64,000 nt of DNA, from positions 188,534 to 252,533 of the forward strand of contig JBMHDG010000062.1 of the NCBI GenBank assembly GCA_049889515.1, read 5' to 3'. The notes under the pieces were generated by a model. It did not search any database. It had not been told where the DNA came from and saw only the letters and a program-made list of their open reading frames with translations. Numbering within the stretch: the first letter of the stretch is position 1; every line of letters begins with the position of its first letter. Of the stretch, positions 12,129-21,631 are shown piece after piece. The DNA comes from Myxococcota bacterium. GTDB taxonomy: Bacteria > Myxococcota_A > UBA796 > GCA-2862545. The translations under genes were made by a program, and so were the position numbers.

Positions 12129-13024
12129 GCGTGTCCGTCTTCGTTCGTGGAGGGAGGTCGTTCCTCGTCGGCGAGTGCATCGACCTTGGCCCGCTGCCGT
12201 CGGCTCATGGTCCAATCCACTTGGGGATTGTCGAGGGCGAAGTTCACGCGTGCGACCATTCCACGAATTGCGCCGAGCTGCCGTGGGGATAGGCCCGCAC
12301 GCTGGAACCCTTCGCGAAGGGTGGCTCCCACTTTCTCGGGACTCGTCCCACGGCCGAAGCCCACGCGGTTGAGCACGGCGACGAGCTCGACCAATGCGGG
12401 TTCGATGGCATTGACATCGACGGGCAGCGCAGAGCGTGCCTTCTTTTCTGCACGATGGGTGCTCTTGGGGGTGCGGCCACCACCCAGCACGCGGCCTTCC
12501 GCTACAGCGCCGCGACGTCTCGCTTCCTCAAAAACATGATGTGCGCAGAGGAGCACCGCCTGGGCGAGGTTCAGGCTCGCGTGCCGTGCGGTAGGAATCC
12601 GAACCAAGGCCACGGCTCGCAGGGCATCATCTGCCGAGAGGCCACAGTCTTCTCGACCGAACAAGACAGCGCTTCGAATGGAGTCCTCGGCATCATCGAG
12701 CACACGTTGGGCAACATCTGGTGGTTCGAGCACAGGTTGGCCGTGCCGTCGATGTCGCGCAGTTGTGGCGTAGACCCGATGAATGCCCTCGAGAGCCTCT
12801 GCGAGTGTGGATGTGATGCGCATCTGGTCGAGGACGTCGCCCGCACCCGGCGCCATCCACCGCGCGCGCTCCATGTCAAAGCTGGGTGAGGGGGCGACAA
12901 TCACGAGGTGCCGGAGACCCATATTTTTCATCGCGCGTGCCGCAGCGCCCACATTTCCAGGGTGCTGGGGCTCCACGAGCACGATGCAGAGGTGGTCTGC
13001 GGCACGTTGGGCGGCGTCAGACAC
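12125..13024 (-). CDS. trmJ: SpoU/TrmH-class tRNA (cytidine/uridine-2'-O)-methyltransferase
   Basis: The N-terminal LCIVLVEPQHPGNVGAAARAMKNMGLRHLVIV closely matches the TrmJ SAM-binding start. There is a C-terminal extension. The start codon is GTG. Confidence 0.78.
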   Translation of the reverse strand: MSDAAQRAADHLCIVLVEPQHPGNVGAAARAMKNMGLRHLVIVAPSPSFDMERARWMAPGAGDVLDQMRITSTLAEALEGIHRVYATTARHRRHGQPVLEPPDVAQRVLDDAEDSIRSAVLFGREDCGLSADDALRAVALVRIPTARHASLNLAQAVLLCAHHVFEEARRRGAVAEGRVLGGGRTPKSTHRAEKKARSALPVDVNAIEPALVELVAVLNRVGFGRGTSPEKVGATLREGFQRAGLSPRQLGAIRGMVARVNFALDNPQVDWTMSRRQRAKVDALADEERPPSTNEDGHA

Positions 13025-13030
13025 GGGTGT

Positions 13031-14866
13031 CTACCGGCCGAAGAGAGACCGCAGCCAACCCATGAACCCGCCAGATGTGGTGGGTTCTTCTTTCGTGGGT
13101 GTGGGCTCGGACTGCCGGAGGGCAGCACGTAGCGGATCATTGGGCCGGTCAACGGGCAAGTCGGGCTCGGCCTTTGGAGGCGCGCTGTCTTCGTCAGACG
13201 CTGGCTCGGGTTTCGCAGGCTCTGGCGCATCGTCAGGCGTGGGGGAGTCCGGTTCGGAGCTTGGTTGCTCCAAGGCGTCGAGCGGCATGTCGAGTGGCGC
13301 TGGAGGCACCTCCTCTTGTGCTTGGCTCCGCCCGAGCCGAATGCGACGCTCAACAGGCTCACCGGTGTCGGCATCGACGGCCGAGAGGTCGAGAATGCCC
13401 TCAATGTCAATCGAGAAGGTGATCTCGACGCGAACCTTGCCGGCGGGACCCTTTCGCAGTCCATGGAAGACGAAGGCACCCAGCATTTCGCAGTCTTGTG
13501 CCCGTTTCTCTGCACCCTGCACCATGCGCAAGACGATGGTGTCTTGGTCTTTTTTGCTGGTTGTGACCCGCTTGGTCCGCGTGGCGGGCAAGGGCTGATG
13601 CTTTGGAAACAGCGGGATAACGGCGCCATTGGGCCGCGCGATTCCGATGGGGACCGGAAGCACGTCGTGAAGACTCACGTCGGTGTCGGGGTCGAACTCC
13701 ACATCGCGGGCGGCGCGCTCGAGTGACGAGGCCATAATGGCCGCACCGATGGCGACGGCCTCATCCGGATGAACCTTATGCGAGGGGGGACGCTCGAGGA
13801 ACGACTCAAGTTGAGAGCGGACCAGCGGCATGCGGGACTGCCCACCCACGAGCAGGAGCTCATCGATCTGGTGGCGGCTGGTTCCCGCTTCGTGGAAGAT
13901 GCGCTCGACCGTATTGACGCTTCGGGTGACGAGATCTCCCGTGAGCTCTTCGAGTGTTTCTCTGGAGAGCTCCATGAGCATGTCGATAGGCGAACCGTCG
14001 TCATCGGTGCCGATGCCTTCGAGGGCGATGAGATGGGTTTCTTCGGTCGACAGGGCGATCTTGGCCTGCTCTGCCGCGTCTCGGATACGCGTGATGGCGG
14101 CACGGTCGTACGAGAGGTCCACCTCATGCTCGTCGAGGAAGTACCCAAGCAGGTACTGCATGACACGGTCGTCGAAGTCCACACCGCCGAGAAATGTATC
14201 GCCACCGGTGGCGATGACTTCAAAGATGCGGTCGCGGATATCGATAATCGAAATATCGAAGGTACCACCGCCGAGGTCGTAGATGGCCACCCGCTGGTTT
14301 AGCGTGCGACCGAGTCCGTAAGCGAGCGCGGCAGCCGTCGGCTCATTCAAGACACGCAGGACATCGAGCCCGGCGAGGTCGCCAGCCGCGCGCACCGCCT
14401 GTCGTTGCCGATCGTTGAAGTAGGCCGGAACCGTGATGACGGCTTGCTCCACAGGCTGACCTAGGACCAGCTCGGCGTTTTCTTTGATCTTCATCAGAAT
14501 GGCGGCGGAGATCTGCTCGAGGGTCAGCACCTGACCTGCGACCCGAACCAACACCTCGGACTCGCTTCCTTCGGCCAGCTCGTAGGTGAAGACCTGCGCC
14601 ATTTTCTGCACGGCATCGGAGTCGAAGGAGCGACCGATGAGCCGCTTTGACGCGGTCACGGTGCCGTCCGGGTTGAGCGCCGCTTGCTCCTTGGCCTCCT
14701 CACCGGTCAGGGCACGCCCTTGCTTGTCGATGGCGAACACGCTCGGGATGGTCTTGTTGCCATCCGGGTACGCGAGCACGCGCGGCTTGCCGTCGATAAC
14801 GACTGCCGCGCAGCTGTTTGTGGTTCCGAGGTCGATACCAATTGCAATCGCCATGGAGGCCATCAT
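13031..14866 (-). CDS. Hsp70-family ATPase, atypical (no helical lid, Pro/Asp/Glu-rich tail)
   Basis: Hsp70 signatures IGIDLGTTNSCAAV, VITVPAYFNDRQRQA, DLGGGTFDISI and LLLVGGQSRMPLV, followed by a beta-sandwich substrate-binding region. See findings for the C-terminus. Confidence 0.85.
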   Translation of the reverse strand: MMASMAIAIGIDLGTTNSCAAVVIDGKPRVLAYPDGNKTIPSVFAIDKQGRALTGEEAKEQAALNPDGTVTASKRLIGRSFDSDAVQKMAQVFTYELAEGSESEVLVRVAGQVLTLEQISAAILMKIKENAELVLGQPVEQAVITVPAYFNDRQRQAVRAAGDLAGLDVLRVLNEPTAAALAYGLGRTLNQRVAIYDLGGGTFDISIIDIRDRIFEVIATGGDTFLGGVDFDDRVMQYLLGYFLDEHEVDLSYDRAAITRIRDAAEQAKIALSTEETHLIALEGIGTDDDGSPIDMLMELSRETLEELTGDLVTRSVNTVERIFHEAGTSRHQIDELLLVGGQSRMPLVRSQLESFLERPPSHKVHPDEAVAIGAAIMASSLERAARDVEFDPDTDVSLHDVLPVPIGIARPNGAVIPLFPKHQPLPATRTKRVTTSKKDQDTIVLRMVQGAEKRAQDCEMLGAFVFHGLRKGPAGKVRVEITFSIDIEGILDLSAVDADTGEPVERRIRLGRSQAQEEVPPAPLDMPLDALEQPSSEPDSPTPDDAPEPAKPEPASDEDSAPPKAEPDLPVDRPNDPLRAALRQSEPTPTKEEPTTSGGFMGWLRSLFGR

Positions 14867-15016
14867 CTCCTTGCGTGCACGGCCCGAAGAAGGAACCTGC
14901 TGAACTCATGTAGCATGACAGAACGGGGGTTCCAAGCGGGTACGGCTGCGGGTTTGCCGAAGCGTGTGGTGGCAATGTCGCAGTGTGAGCCAAAGAGGGC
15001 GTGCTAGCCGGCCAAA

Positions 15017-16282
15017 TCAATGTGTCGAAGCGTCGGTGGGCTTGCCTTGATCTGGCCGGGATACGCGTTGCACGCTCACCATGCGGATCGCGCGTTCGTC
15101 CGCGTCTTCGACGGTGATCTGCCAGCCTTCGAGGTCAAAAATCTCCCTCGCGGCTGGGATACGGCCTGCAAGTTCGAGCACGAGCCCTGCGACGGTCTCG
15201 TAGTTTCCATCTGGAAGGTCGGTCTGCAGGACACGCTCAAGATCTTCAAGCTCGGTCTGGGCAGGAACCAACCAACTGTCCTCATGGCGTCGAATGGACG
15301 GGCCGCGTCGCTCTCGCTCGTCCTCAATGTCGCCGACGAGTTCCTCGAGGAGGTCCTCAATGGTGACGAGCCCGATGCATCCCCCGTATTCATCGACCAC
15401 GATCGCAAAGGGGTCTGCAGACTCCCGCATGGCACGAAAGAGGTCGTCGGCGCGCATGTTCTCCGGCACAAACCTCACACTGCGTGCGTGGGAACCGACC
15501 TGATCGAGGTGACGTTCTTGGGGCAGGAACAAGAGGTCATTCTGATGTACGACCCCAACCACGTGATCAATGCGTGATTGAAAGACCGGGAGACGGCTGT
15601 GACGGGTGCGTGCGACCATCTCCATCGCTGCGTTGACCGAAGAGGTGGCATCGATCGCATGGACGGCAATCAATGGGGTCATGCACGCTTCGACTCGGGT
15701 CTCTGCAAGGCTCAGAAGCCCACGAATGACCTCACGATCTGCAGGGTCGATCTCGGTGCGGGTCTCCGGGTCGAGAAGCTCGACGAGCTCTTCGCGGGTC
15801 ATGGTCGGCGCTGCGTCTTCGCCGACCACCCACTGCAGGGCCATGGACCAGCCGCTGATGACCCAGAGGAAGGGCGTCATGAGGATGCTCGCACCGTAGA
15901 GCGGAAACGAGAGAATCGGAGCGAGTACGGTGCCGTGATGCTGGAACACGGTCTTGGGAAGCGCTTCTCCGAGAATCAAGACCAACGGTGCGAAGAGAAA
16001 CGGGGTCGACCAGGGCGGCAGGTGAAACACACCGACAAGCAGGCTGGTCGCGACGGTTGAGCTGGAGACAATCGATAGGTTGGTGCCAATGAGACACGTC
16101 CCCACCAGGCGATGTTCTTGTTCGAGTAGGGAGAGGGCGAGGGCGGCACCGGAATTGCCCCGCTCCGACAATGCGCTGAGCCGAAGTCGGTCGGCCGAGA
16201 CCATCGCGATCTCGGCACCGGAAAAGAAGGCCTGGGTGAGCACAAGGGCGCCAAGCACGAGCATTGCGAGGGGGAGGCTCAT
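15017..16282 (-). CDS. CNNM/CorC-family membrane protein (DUF21 + CBS pair + CorC_HlyC)
   Basis: An N-terminal multi-TM DUF21-like region, a CBS-pair region, and a C-terminal CorC/HlyC transporter-associated domain (LVPAQTELEDLERVL...ETVAGLVLELAGRIP). The ATGA overlap with the upstream paralogue is at 16279-16282. Confidence 0.85.
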   Translation of the reverse strand: MSLPLAMLVLGALVLTQAFFSGAEIAMVSADRLRLSALSERGNSGAALALSLLEQEHRLVGTCLIGTNLSIVSSSTVATSLLVGVFHLPPWSTPFLFAPLVLILGEALPKTVFQHHGTVLAPILSFPLYGASILMTPFLWVISGWSMALQWVVGEDAAPTMTREELVELLDPETRTEIDPADREVIRGLLSLAETRVEACMTPLIAVHAIDATSSVNAAMEMVARTRHSRLPVFQSRIDHVVGVVHQNDLLFLPQERHLDQVGSHARSVRFVPENMRADDLFRAMRESADPFAIVVDEYGGCIGLVTIEDLLEELVGDIEDERERRGPSIRRHEDSWLVPAQTELEDLERVLQTDLPDGNYETVAGLVLELAGRIPAAREIFDLEGWQITVEDADERAIRMVSVQRVSRPDQGKPTDASTH

Positions 16283-17592
16283 TCTGGCACCCCCTCGGGC
16301 TGGTCGAGGTGTTGAATGCGCACCTCGGTGATGCGGTTGCCATCGGTCTCGAGCACCTCGATAGCGATGCCCGGGATCTCAACGATCTCTCCACTCGTCG
16401 GCATGCGCCCGAGCTCGTGCACCACAAATCCGCCAATCGTGTGGTACTCGCCAGGTGGGATCGTGATGCCGGTCTCATCTTCGAGGTCGTCGATGTCCAT
16501 ACCCGCGCGAACGCGCATGCCGAGCGGGTCGAACGCGATGTCTTGCGTGACCTCGCGCTGGTCGTCGGCGACGGCGCCGATGAGCTCGCCGATCAGGTCG
16601 TCGAGCGTCACAAGTCCCATGAGGGTCCCATGCTCATTGACCACGAATGCCATGTGCACCCTGCGGCGCAAGAGGGTTCGCATCAGGTCTTCGCCGCTGA
16701 GGCTTGGGGGGACGATCATCGGCTGAAGTAGGCGGTCGGAGAGTTGTCGCAAAGCTTCCGGCGGACGCCGACGGACGCGGAGCAGATCTTTGACCAACAG
16801 AACGCCTACGATGTTGTCGAGCTCACCCTCGAAGACGGGAACCCGACTGAACCGTTGTTGCTCGCAGCAGGCATAGAGGTCCTCCCAGCGGGTGTCGAGC
16901 TCCACGGCTTCAATGTCAAGCCGTGGCGTCATGAGACGTGAGACCGGCACATCATCAAACTCGAGTACGGCCTCGATGATCTCGCGCTCCTCTGCACCGA
17001 CAGCCCCCGACTCTTCGCCACGCTCGACGAGGACGAGGAAGTCTTCTTCTTTCAGGGCGTCTGGCACCACTTCATCGGAGACACCGAAGAGGCGAGCAAG
17101 CAGGGAGACGATGCTGCTCAAGATCCATCGAAGCGGCGACAGCACGGTGTAGAACACCGTAAGCGGCCAGACGATGGCCCGCGCCCACCGCTGGTTGAAC
17201 CGTAGGGCAAGCACCTTGGGTGTGATCTCTGAAAACAGAACGAGGGCGGGGGTGATGACCACAATATTGAGGAGTCCAGGCTCTTCGACGAAGGTCGCCA
17301 AGAGCGCGGCTCCGGTCGTCGCGATCGCGACGTTGGCGAACTCATTGCCCATGAGGATGGTGGTGATGAGCTCGGTCCGCTTCTGAAGGAGCTGCTCGAC
17401 TTGGCGGTCTCCGGGGGCATCGCTGGAGCCCAGACGCTGGCGCTCAAGGGACTGGAGCGAGAAGTACGCGATCTCGGTTCCGCTGAAGACGAACGAGGCG
17501 AGGAAGAGCACCGCGAACAGCGGCACGGCAAGGGTCGGGTCTTTGAGCGCGTCGATGGCAACGGTCGCGCCGGCGGCCAGTACAACCGTCAT
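16279..17592 (-). CDS. CNNM/CorC-family membrane protein (DUF21 + CBS pair + CorC_HlyC)
   Basis: Same architecture as the neighbour (GEYHTIGGFVVHELGRMPTSGE). The internal ATG 17592 gives an ATGA overlap with the thiL stop at 17589-17591, so I prefer it over the ORF track start 17631. Confidence 0.85.
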   Translation of the reverse strand: MTVVLAAGATVAIDALKDPTLAVPLFAVLFLASFVFSGTEIAYFSLQSLERQRLGSSDAPGDRQVEQLLQKRTELITTILMGNEFANVAIATTGAALLATFVEEPGLLNIVVITPALVLFSEITPKVLALRFNQRWARAIVWPLTVFYTVLSPLRWILSSIVSLLARLFGVSDEVVPDALKEEDFLVLVERGEESGAVGAEEREIIEAVLEFDDVPVSRLMTPRLDIEAVELDTRWEDLYACCEQQRFSRVPVFEGELDNIVGVLLVKDLLRVRRRPPEALRQLSDRLLQPMIVPPSLSGEDLMRTLLRRRVHMAFVVNEHGTLMGLVTLDDLIGELIGAVADDQREVTQDIAFDPLGMRVRAGMDIDDLEDETGITIPPGEYHTIGGFVVHELGRMPTSGEIVEIPGIAIEVLETDGNRITEVRIQHLDQPEGVPE

Positions 17593-18539
17593 GATGCCCC
17601 CGCAAAGTGCGACCAGGCCGTCGTCGGCCATGCATGATGGGGGAGATGTGCGCCAGCGCCCTCACGGCAGAGCCCAATGCGATGAACCTGGATGCCATGA
17701 TGGTGCGCGAGGCTCCGAATACGGTCGTGGACACGGGGGGGAGCGGTGAACAGCAGCTCATAGTCTTCGCCACCACACAGAATATCTTCGAGGCTGCCCT
17801 CGCCAGCGCGTTGCACCGATGCGGCGTCGACCTCCATCGCACAGCCAGAAGCCTTGGCCAAACGCGGCAAGTCGACGGCGAGTCCATCAGAGATGTCCAT
17901 GGCGGCGGTCGCTAGGCGTCCCTTGGCGAGGTCGAGTGCGAACGGGAGTGGTGGCTCGGGACGTCGGTGCGCACGGATGGCCCTGTCGTCGGGCGTATCG
18001 GACCGCCACGCACGTCCTGCGATGCCCAACCGACCGGTGGTCCAGATCTCGTCACCTGGCGAGGCGCCATCGCGTTGCAGTGGGGCAGCTACGCATCGGC
18101 CTCCCAAGGTTGCACCCACAGAAACATCACGCAGTGCACCGGTGGTATCTCCCCCGATGAGCGCGATGTTCCATTGGTCACACGCCTCATGAAGACCGCG
18201 CTCAAAGGCCTTGGCCCAGGAGGCGTTCAACCGCCGCGCAGGTCCCGAGACGGTCAGCAATGCCCACTCTGGCTTGGCACCCATGGCAGCAAGGTCGCTT
18301 ACCGAGACCGCGATGACCTTGAACCCAAGGTCTTCGGGTGACCACTCCCGGGTGAAATGAACGCCCTCCACCAGCACATCAACGCTGACGACGGTGCCAT
18401 CGGCGGTCAGCGCGGCATCGTCACCTGGACCGAGGGTAGGGCGAGGACCGGCTCCTGCGGTTCTCCCGGTGAACGCATGGATCAACTGTTCTTCCCGCGA
18501 GGGAGGTTCGTCGTCGCAGTCGAGGTCGGCCGGTTTCAT
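17589..18539 (-). CDS. thiL: thiamine-monophosphate kinase
   Basis: AIR-synthase-like fold motifs: GPGDDAALT...VSVDVLVEGVHF, AVSVSDLAAMGA and LIGGDTT. Confidence 0.85.
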   Translation of the reverse strand: MKPADLDCDDEPPSREEQLIHAFTGRTAGAGPRPTLGPGDDAALTADGTVVSVDVLVEGVHFTREWSPEDLGFKVIAVSVSDLAAMGAKPEWALLTVSGPARRLNASWAKAFERGLHEACDQWNIALIGGDTTGALRDVSVGATLGGRCVAAPLQRDGASPGDEIWTTGRLGIAGRAWRSDTPDDRAIRAHRRPEPPLPFALDLAKGRLATAAMDISDGLAVDLPRLAKASGCAMEVDAASVQRAGEGSLEDILCGGEDYELLFTAPPRVHDRIRSLAHHHGIQVHRIGLCREGAGAHLPHHAWPTTAWSHFAGAS

Positions 18540-18557
18540 TGAGGGGGGGGTCAGGGG

Positions 18558-20534
18558 CTACTCCGCGGGTGGGGGCGCGTCTTCTTGCGTATCATCAGGA
18601 GGGTCTGGGAGCAGAGGGATAAACCCGCTCCGGTCTACGGAGTGTACCCGAATCCGTCGCTGAAGTTCATGAGACTCTGCATCAAAGCCTTCGATACCGG
18701 TGATGGTGCTCCCGGGAACTGTCGACATTAAGGCAGCATGAAAGTCAGATCTCGTCTGTGGCTCTTGGGCCATCGTCTGCGCCAAGATCAACCCGACGTC
18801 TGCGGCGATCGCTTCGGTGGGGCGAGGCGTTCGGGCGTGAAGGTTGCGATACTCCGACACGAAGGTCTTCCACTCGGGCTCCGGATACCAGTCGAGCCCG
18901 GCCTCGCGGGGAGGCGGAACGAAGACATCAGTGAATACGCCATTCTCGACGTACGCGCCTCCCTGGATGATGATGGACGACTGGTTCCATCCGGAGAGAC
19001 CCAGAAGCGGTACGGGTTTGTCGTCATAGGCCCGGAACTTTCCGATAGGAAACTCTTCGAAGGCCAGCTCTGCAGAAACGATCGGGAGCTGGGACGCGCC
19101 CTCCGGAATGAAGATGGCCTCAAAGTCCATCAGTGGAGGGAGGACCAACTTTCGGGTGTCTCGGCCCTTTTCCTTCGCGGCGCGGACCATTCGGGCGAAC
19201 TCATCCGCTCGGGCCTCGTAGTCCTTTCGCCCAAGCTGCTGCGCGAAGCTGCCAAGGTCTTCGGTGCCCTGCGCATAGAGTACCGTGATGTCGATGACGG
19301 CGTCCCGTTGGACAGCCTCTTCTTCAAATACCTTCGCCGCATGGGCGCCATATCCCGAGTCGGGCGCGAAGATGGCGAACCGTGTCAACCCGTTCGTGTG
19401 GACAAGGTGATCGAGCAGGGCCTGCACTTGCTGACGGGGCGTCACAACCCCCTGAAACACCCACCTTCGGTCTCCCGGGTCTTCGAGGCCCTTGGAGAGT
19501 GAGAGAAGGGGTACATGGAAGTGTTCGGCGGCGAGGGCGACGGCGTGTGCGGCCTCCGCGACCATAGGCCCCACCACCGCGATGCAGCCCTGCTCCAACA
19601 CGAGGGTGCGGAATGCGGCCACCGCGGCGTCTGCGCTGGCACCGGAGTCTGCAACCTCCAGAGAGGCTTCGACACCCGAGCGTGCCCACCCGTATCGGAG
19701 TGCGGCTTCCACTTGCCGTCCGACGCTTGCGTATCGGCCAGACATGGGGAGGAGGGCGCAGACGACATCGGGTCGAAGGGGAGCGGCTTCGACGAGCGCA
19801 AGCACGGCCTCTGCCTCGGGGTGCGGGGTGGCGTCGGCCTCATCGAGGAGTCGGGCCGCAATCGCACGAGCTTCTTCATCCTCGCCACGCTCAAGGGCCT
19901 CATGAGCCCGGTCAATGGCCGTACGGCCCCTAGTGCCCGCTTGGGGTTGCGCGGAGCCAAGGTCACCAAGGGCCGCGATGACCTGCTGGTGGTGAAGGGG
20001 GTCATGGCTGCTTAACTCTGTTGCGGCCTCGGCGTGTGCGCTGCTGTCGGCACCTGCGGCCGTTGCACGCTGATAGAGCAGAAGTTCAAGATCGGCACGT
20101 TGGCTGCTCAAGGCGTGCGGTGACGCGAGCGAAGCTGCCGTATTGAGATGTTCTTCGGACCTGTCCTCTTGGACATCGAGAAGGGCGAGGCCCAGGCGCA
20201 CGGCATGGGGCAACGACGCAGGGCGTTCGAGGGGAAGGAGCGTCGTCCAAAGGCGGCGAGCATCCTCGTACCGACCAGCGAGACGATACTGCTCCGCGAG
20301 GTGAAGCTCAATGATGGCAAGCTGGCTGGGGCGCGCTGTTTCGCGGGAGGCCTCGAGGTCTGCAATGACGGCCTCTCGCCCATCATCAAGGTGATGAAGC
20401 GCATCACTGACGACCGTCGGCACGCGGCTGGGAGCCGCGCTGGCCACATGAACACACGATGCGAGCGTCCATGCCATGACGAGGACGGCAGTACGCAGAA
20501 CCGTGGATGCGTGGGGGTGTGGGGTCGATCTCAT
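18558..20534 (-). CDS. LpoA-like lipoprotein (TPR-like N-domain + type I periplasmic-binding-protein fold)
   Basis: From the internal ATG 20534: MRSTPH...[11 protein letters not shown] (lipobox LASC), a helical TPR-like region, then a Leu/Ile/Val-binding-protein-like domain ([34 protein letters not shown]). ATGA overlap with the dnaJ-type stop is at 20531-20534. Confidence 0.65.
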   Translation of the reverse strand: MRSTPHPHASTVLRTAVLVMAWTLASCVHVASAAPSRVPTVVSDALHHLDDGREAVIADLEASRETARPSQLAIIELHLAEQYRLAGRYEDARRLWTTLLPLERPASLPHAVRLGLALLDVQEDRSEEHLNTAASLASPHALSSQRADLELLLYQRATAAGADSSAHAEAATELSSHDPLHHQQVIAALGDLGSAQPQAGTRGRTAIDRAHEALERGEDEEARAIAARLLDEADATPHPEAEAVLALVEAAPLRPDVVCALLPMSGRYASVGRQVEAALRYGWARSGVEASLEVADSGASADAAVAAFRTLVLEQGCIAVVGPMVAEAAHAVALAAEHFHVPLLSLSKGLEDPGDRRWVFQGVVTPRQQVQALLDHLVHTNGLTRFAIFAPDSGYGAHAAKVFEEEAVQRDAVIDITVLYAQGTEDLGSFAQQLGRKDYEARADEFARMVRAAKEKGRDTRKLVLPPLMDFEAIFIPEGASQLPIVSAELAFEEFPIGKFRAYDDKPVPLLGLSGWNQSSIIIQGGAYVENGVFTDVFVPPPREAGLDWYPEPEWKTFVSEYRNLHARTPRPTEAIAADVGLILAQTMAQEPQTRSDFHAALMSTVPGSTITGIEGFDAESHELQRRIRVHSVDRSGFIPLLPDPPDDTQEDAPPPAE

Positions 20535-21592
20535 CGTTTCTTCAGCCTTTCGAGGTACGCCTGCTTCAATGGATGTGCCGAGGAAGAAAGTCCTTGAGAC
20601 CATGTCTGGAGCCGCTGTTGCTCCTCCGGCGTCAAGTGCTGTGGAACCTCAATAACCACCCGAGCATGCAAGTCCCCCTTTGCAGAACGGTGGACCGAGG
20701 GCAGGCCCCGTCCGCTTAAGCGAAACTGCTGCCCATGTACGGTTCCTGGGGGGATGCGAATGGTGGTGACGTGATCGAGCGTGGGCACGGGGAGATCAGC
20801 GCCCGTTGCAGCTTCGAGAAAGGTCAGCGGTAGGTCGACCACCAAGTCGTCACCCCTTCGCCGAAACAGCTCATGGGTCTCGACGTGTACGGAAACCAGC
20901 AGGTCGCCTGAGGCGCCATCTCGCCTCGCTTCGTTGCCTCTTCGGGCAAGCTTGAGTTTCTGACCCGTCGCCACGCCTGCAGGTACGTTGACGGTCAGGG
21001 TAGCCTGGTCCGTGACGCGACCATCTCCGCTGCACGTGCTGCATGCCTCTCGCGCGACCCAGCCATCTCCAGAGCAGTGGAAGCAGGGCGTTCGCAACAG
21101 TCTGGGCCCGCCCGACCACCCCGAACCCTTGCACGCCTCACAGGTCTTACGTTGGGCTTTGGTGCAGCCAAAGCCAAAGCAGGAACCGCACTTGACCTGT
21201 CGTGGCACCGTGATCTCAATGTGGTCACCCACGGCCACCTGTTCGAGCGTGATGTTCACGGTCATCTTCAGGTCTTCGCCGCGCTCAGACCGCTTGCGGT
21301 TGAAGACGCTGTTCCACATGTTGCGGACCACCTGGGACAGGTCGTCGGGTGAAGGTGGGGCGCCGTCGGCGGCGTAGAGGGGACCTAGGCGGTCGTAGCG
21401 CGCTCGTTCCGAGGGATCGGACAGCACACGATAGGCTTCGTTGATGTCTTTGAATCGCTCTTCTGCGAGGGTGTCACCCTGATTCCTGTCGGGATGCCAG
21501 CGCATGGCTGCACGTCGGTAGGCTCGCTTGATCTCCTCTGCGGAAGCATCACGATCGACATCGAGCACATTGTAGAAATCACGGGTAGGCAC
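20531..21592 (-). CDS. DnaJ-type J-domain chaperone with zinc-finger domain
   Basis: J domain [33 protein letters not shown]. Four CxxCxGxG repeats ([32 protein letters not shown]). A DnaJ C-terminal beta domain. The G/F region is very short. Confidence 0.82.
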   Translation of the reverse strand: MPTRDFYNVLDVDRDASAEEIKRAYRRAAMRWHPDRNQGDTLAEERFKDINEAYRVLSDPSERARYDRLGPLYAADGAPPSPDDLSQVVRNMWNSVFNRKRSERGEDLKMTVNITLEQVAVGDHIEITVPRQVKCGSCFGFGCTKAQRKTCEACKGSGWSGGPRLLRTPCFHCSGDGWVAREACSTCSGDGRVTDQATLTVNVPAGVATGQKLKLARRGNEARRDGASGDLLVSVHVETHELFRRRGDDLVVDLPLTFLEAATGADLPVPTLDHVTTIRIPPGTVHGQQFRLSGRGLPSVHRSAKGDLHARVVIEVPQHLTPEEQQRLQTWSQGLSSSAHPLKQAYLERLKKR

Positions 21593-21631
21593 GTCGCCAG
21601 TCCTCGCAGTGCAGACGATCTAGCGTCGGGG

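Noticed and set aside
14908-14936. CTTGGAA-N16-CTACAT upstream of the Hsp70 paralogue (minus strand), considered as a sigma-32-type heat-shock promoter
   Set aside because: There is only a partial match to CTTGAAA, the -10 lacks the CCCCAT core, and no CIRCE element is present. The evidence is too weak to report as a feature.
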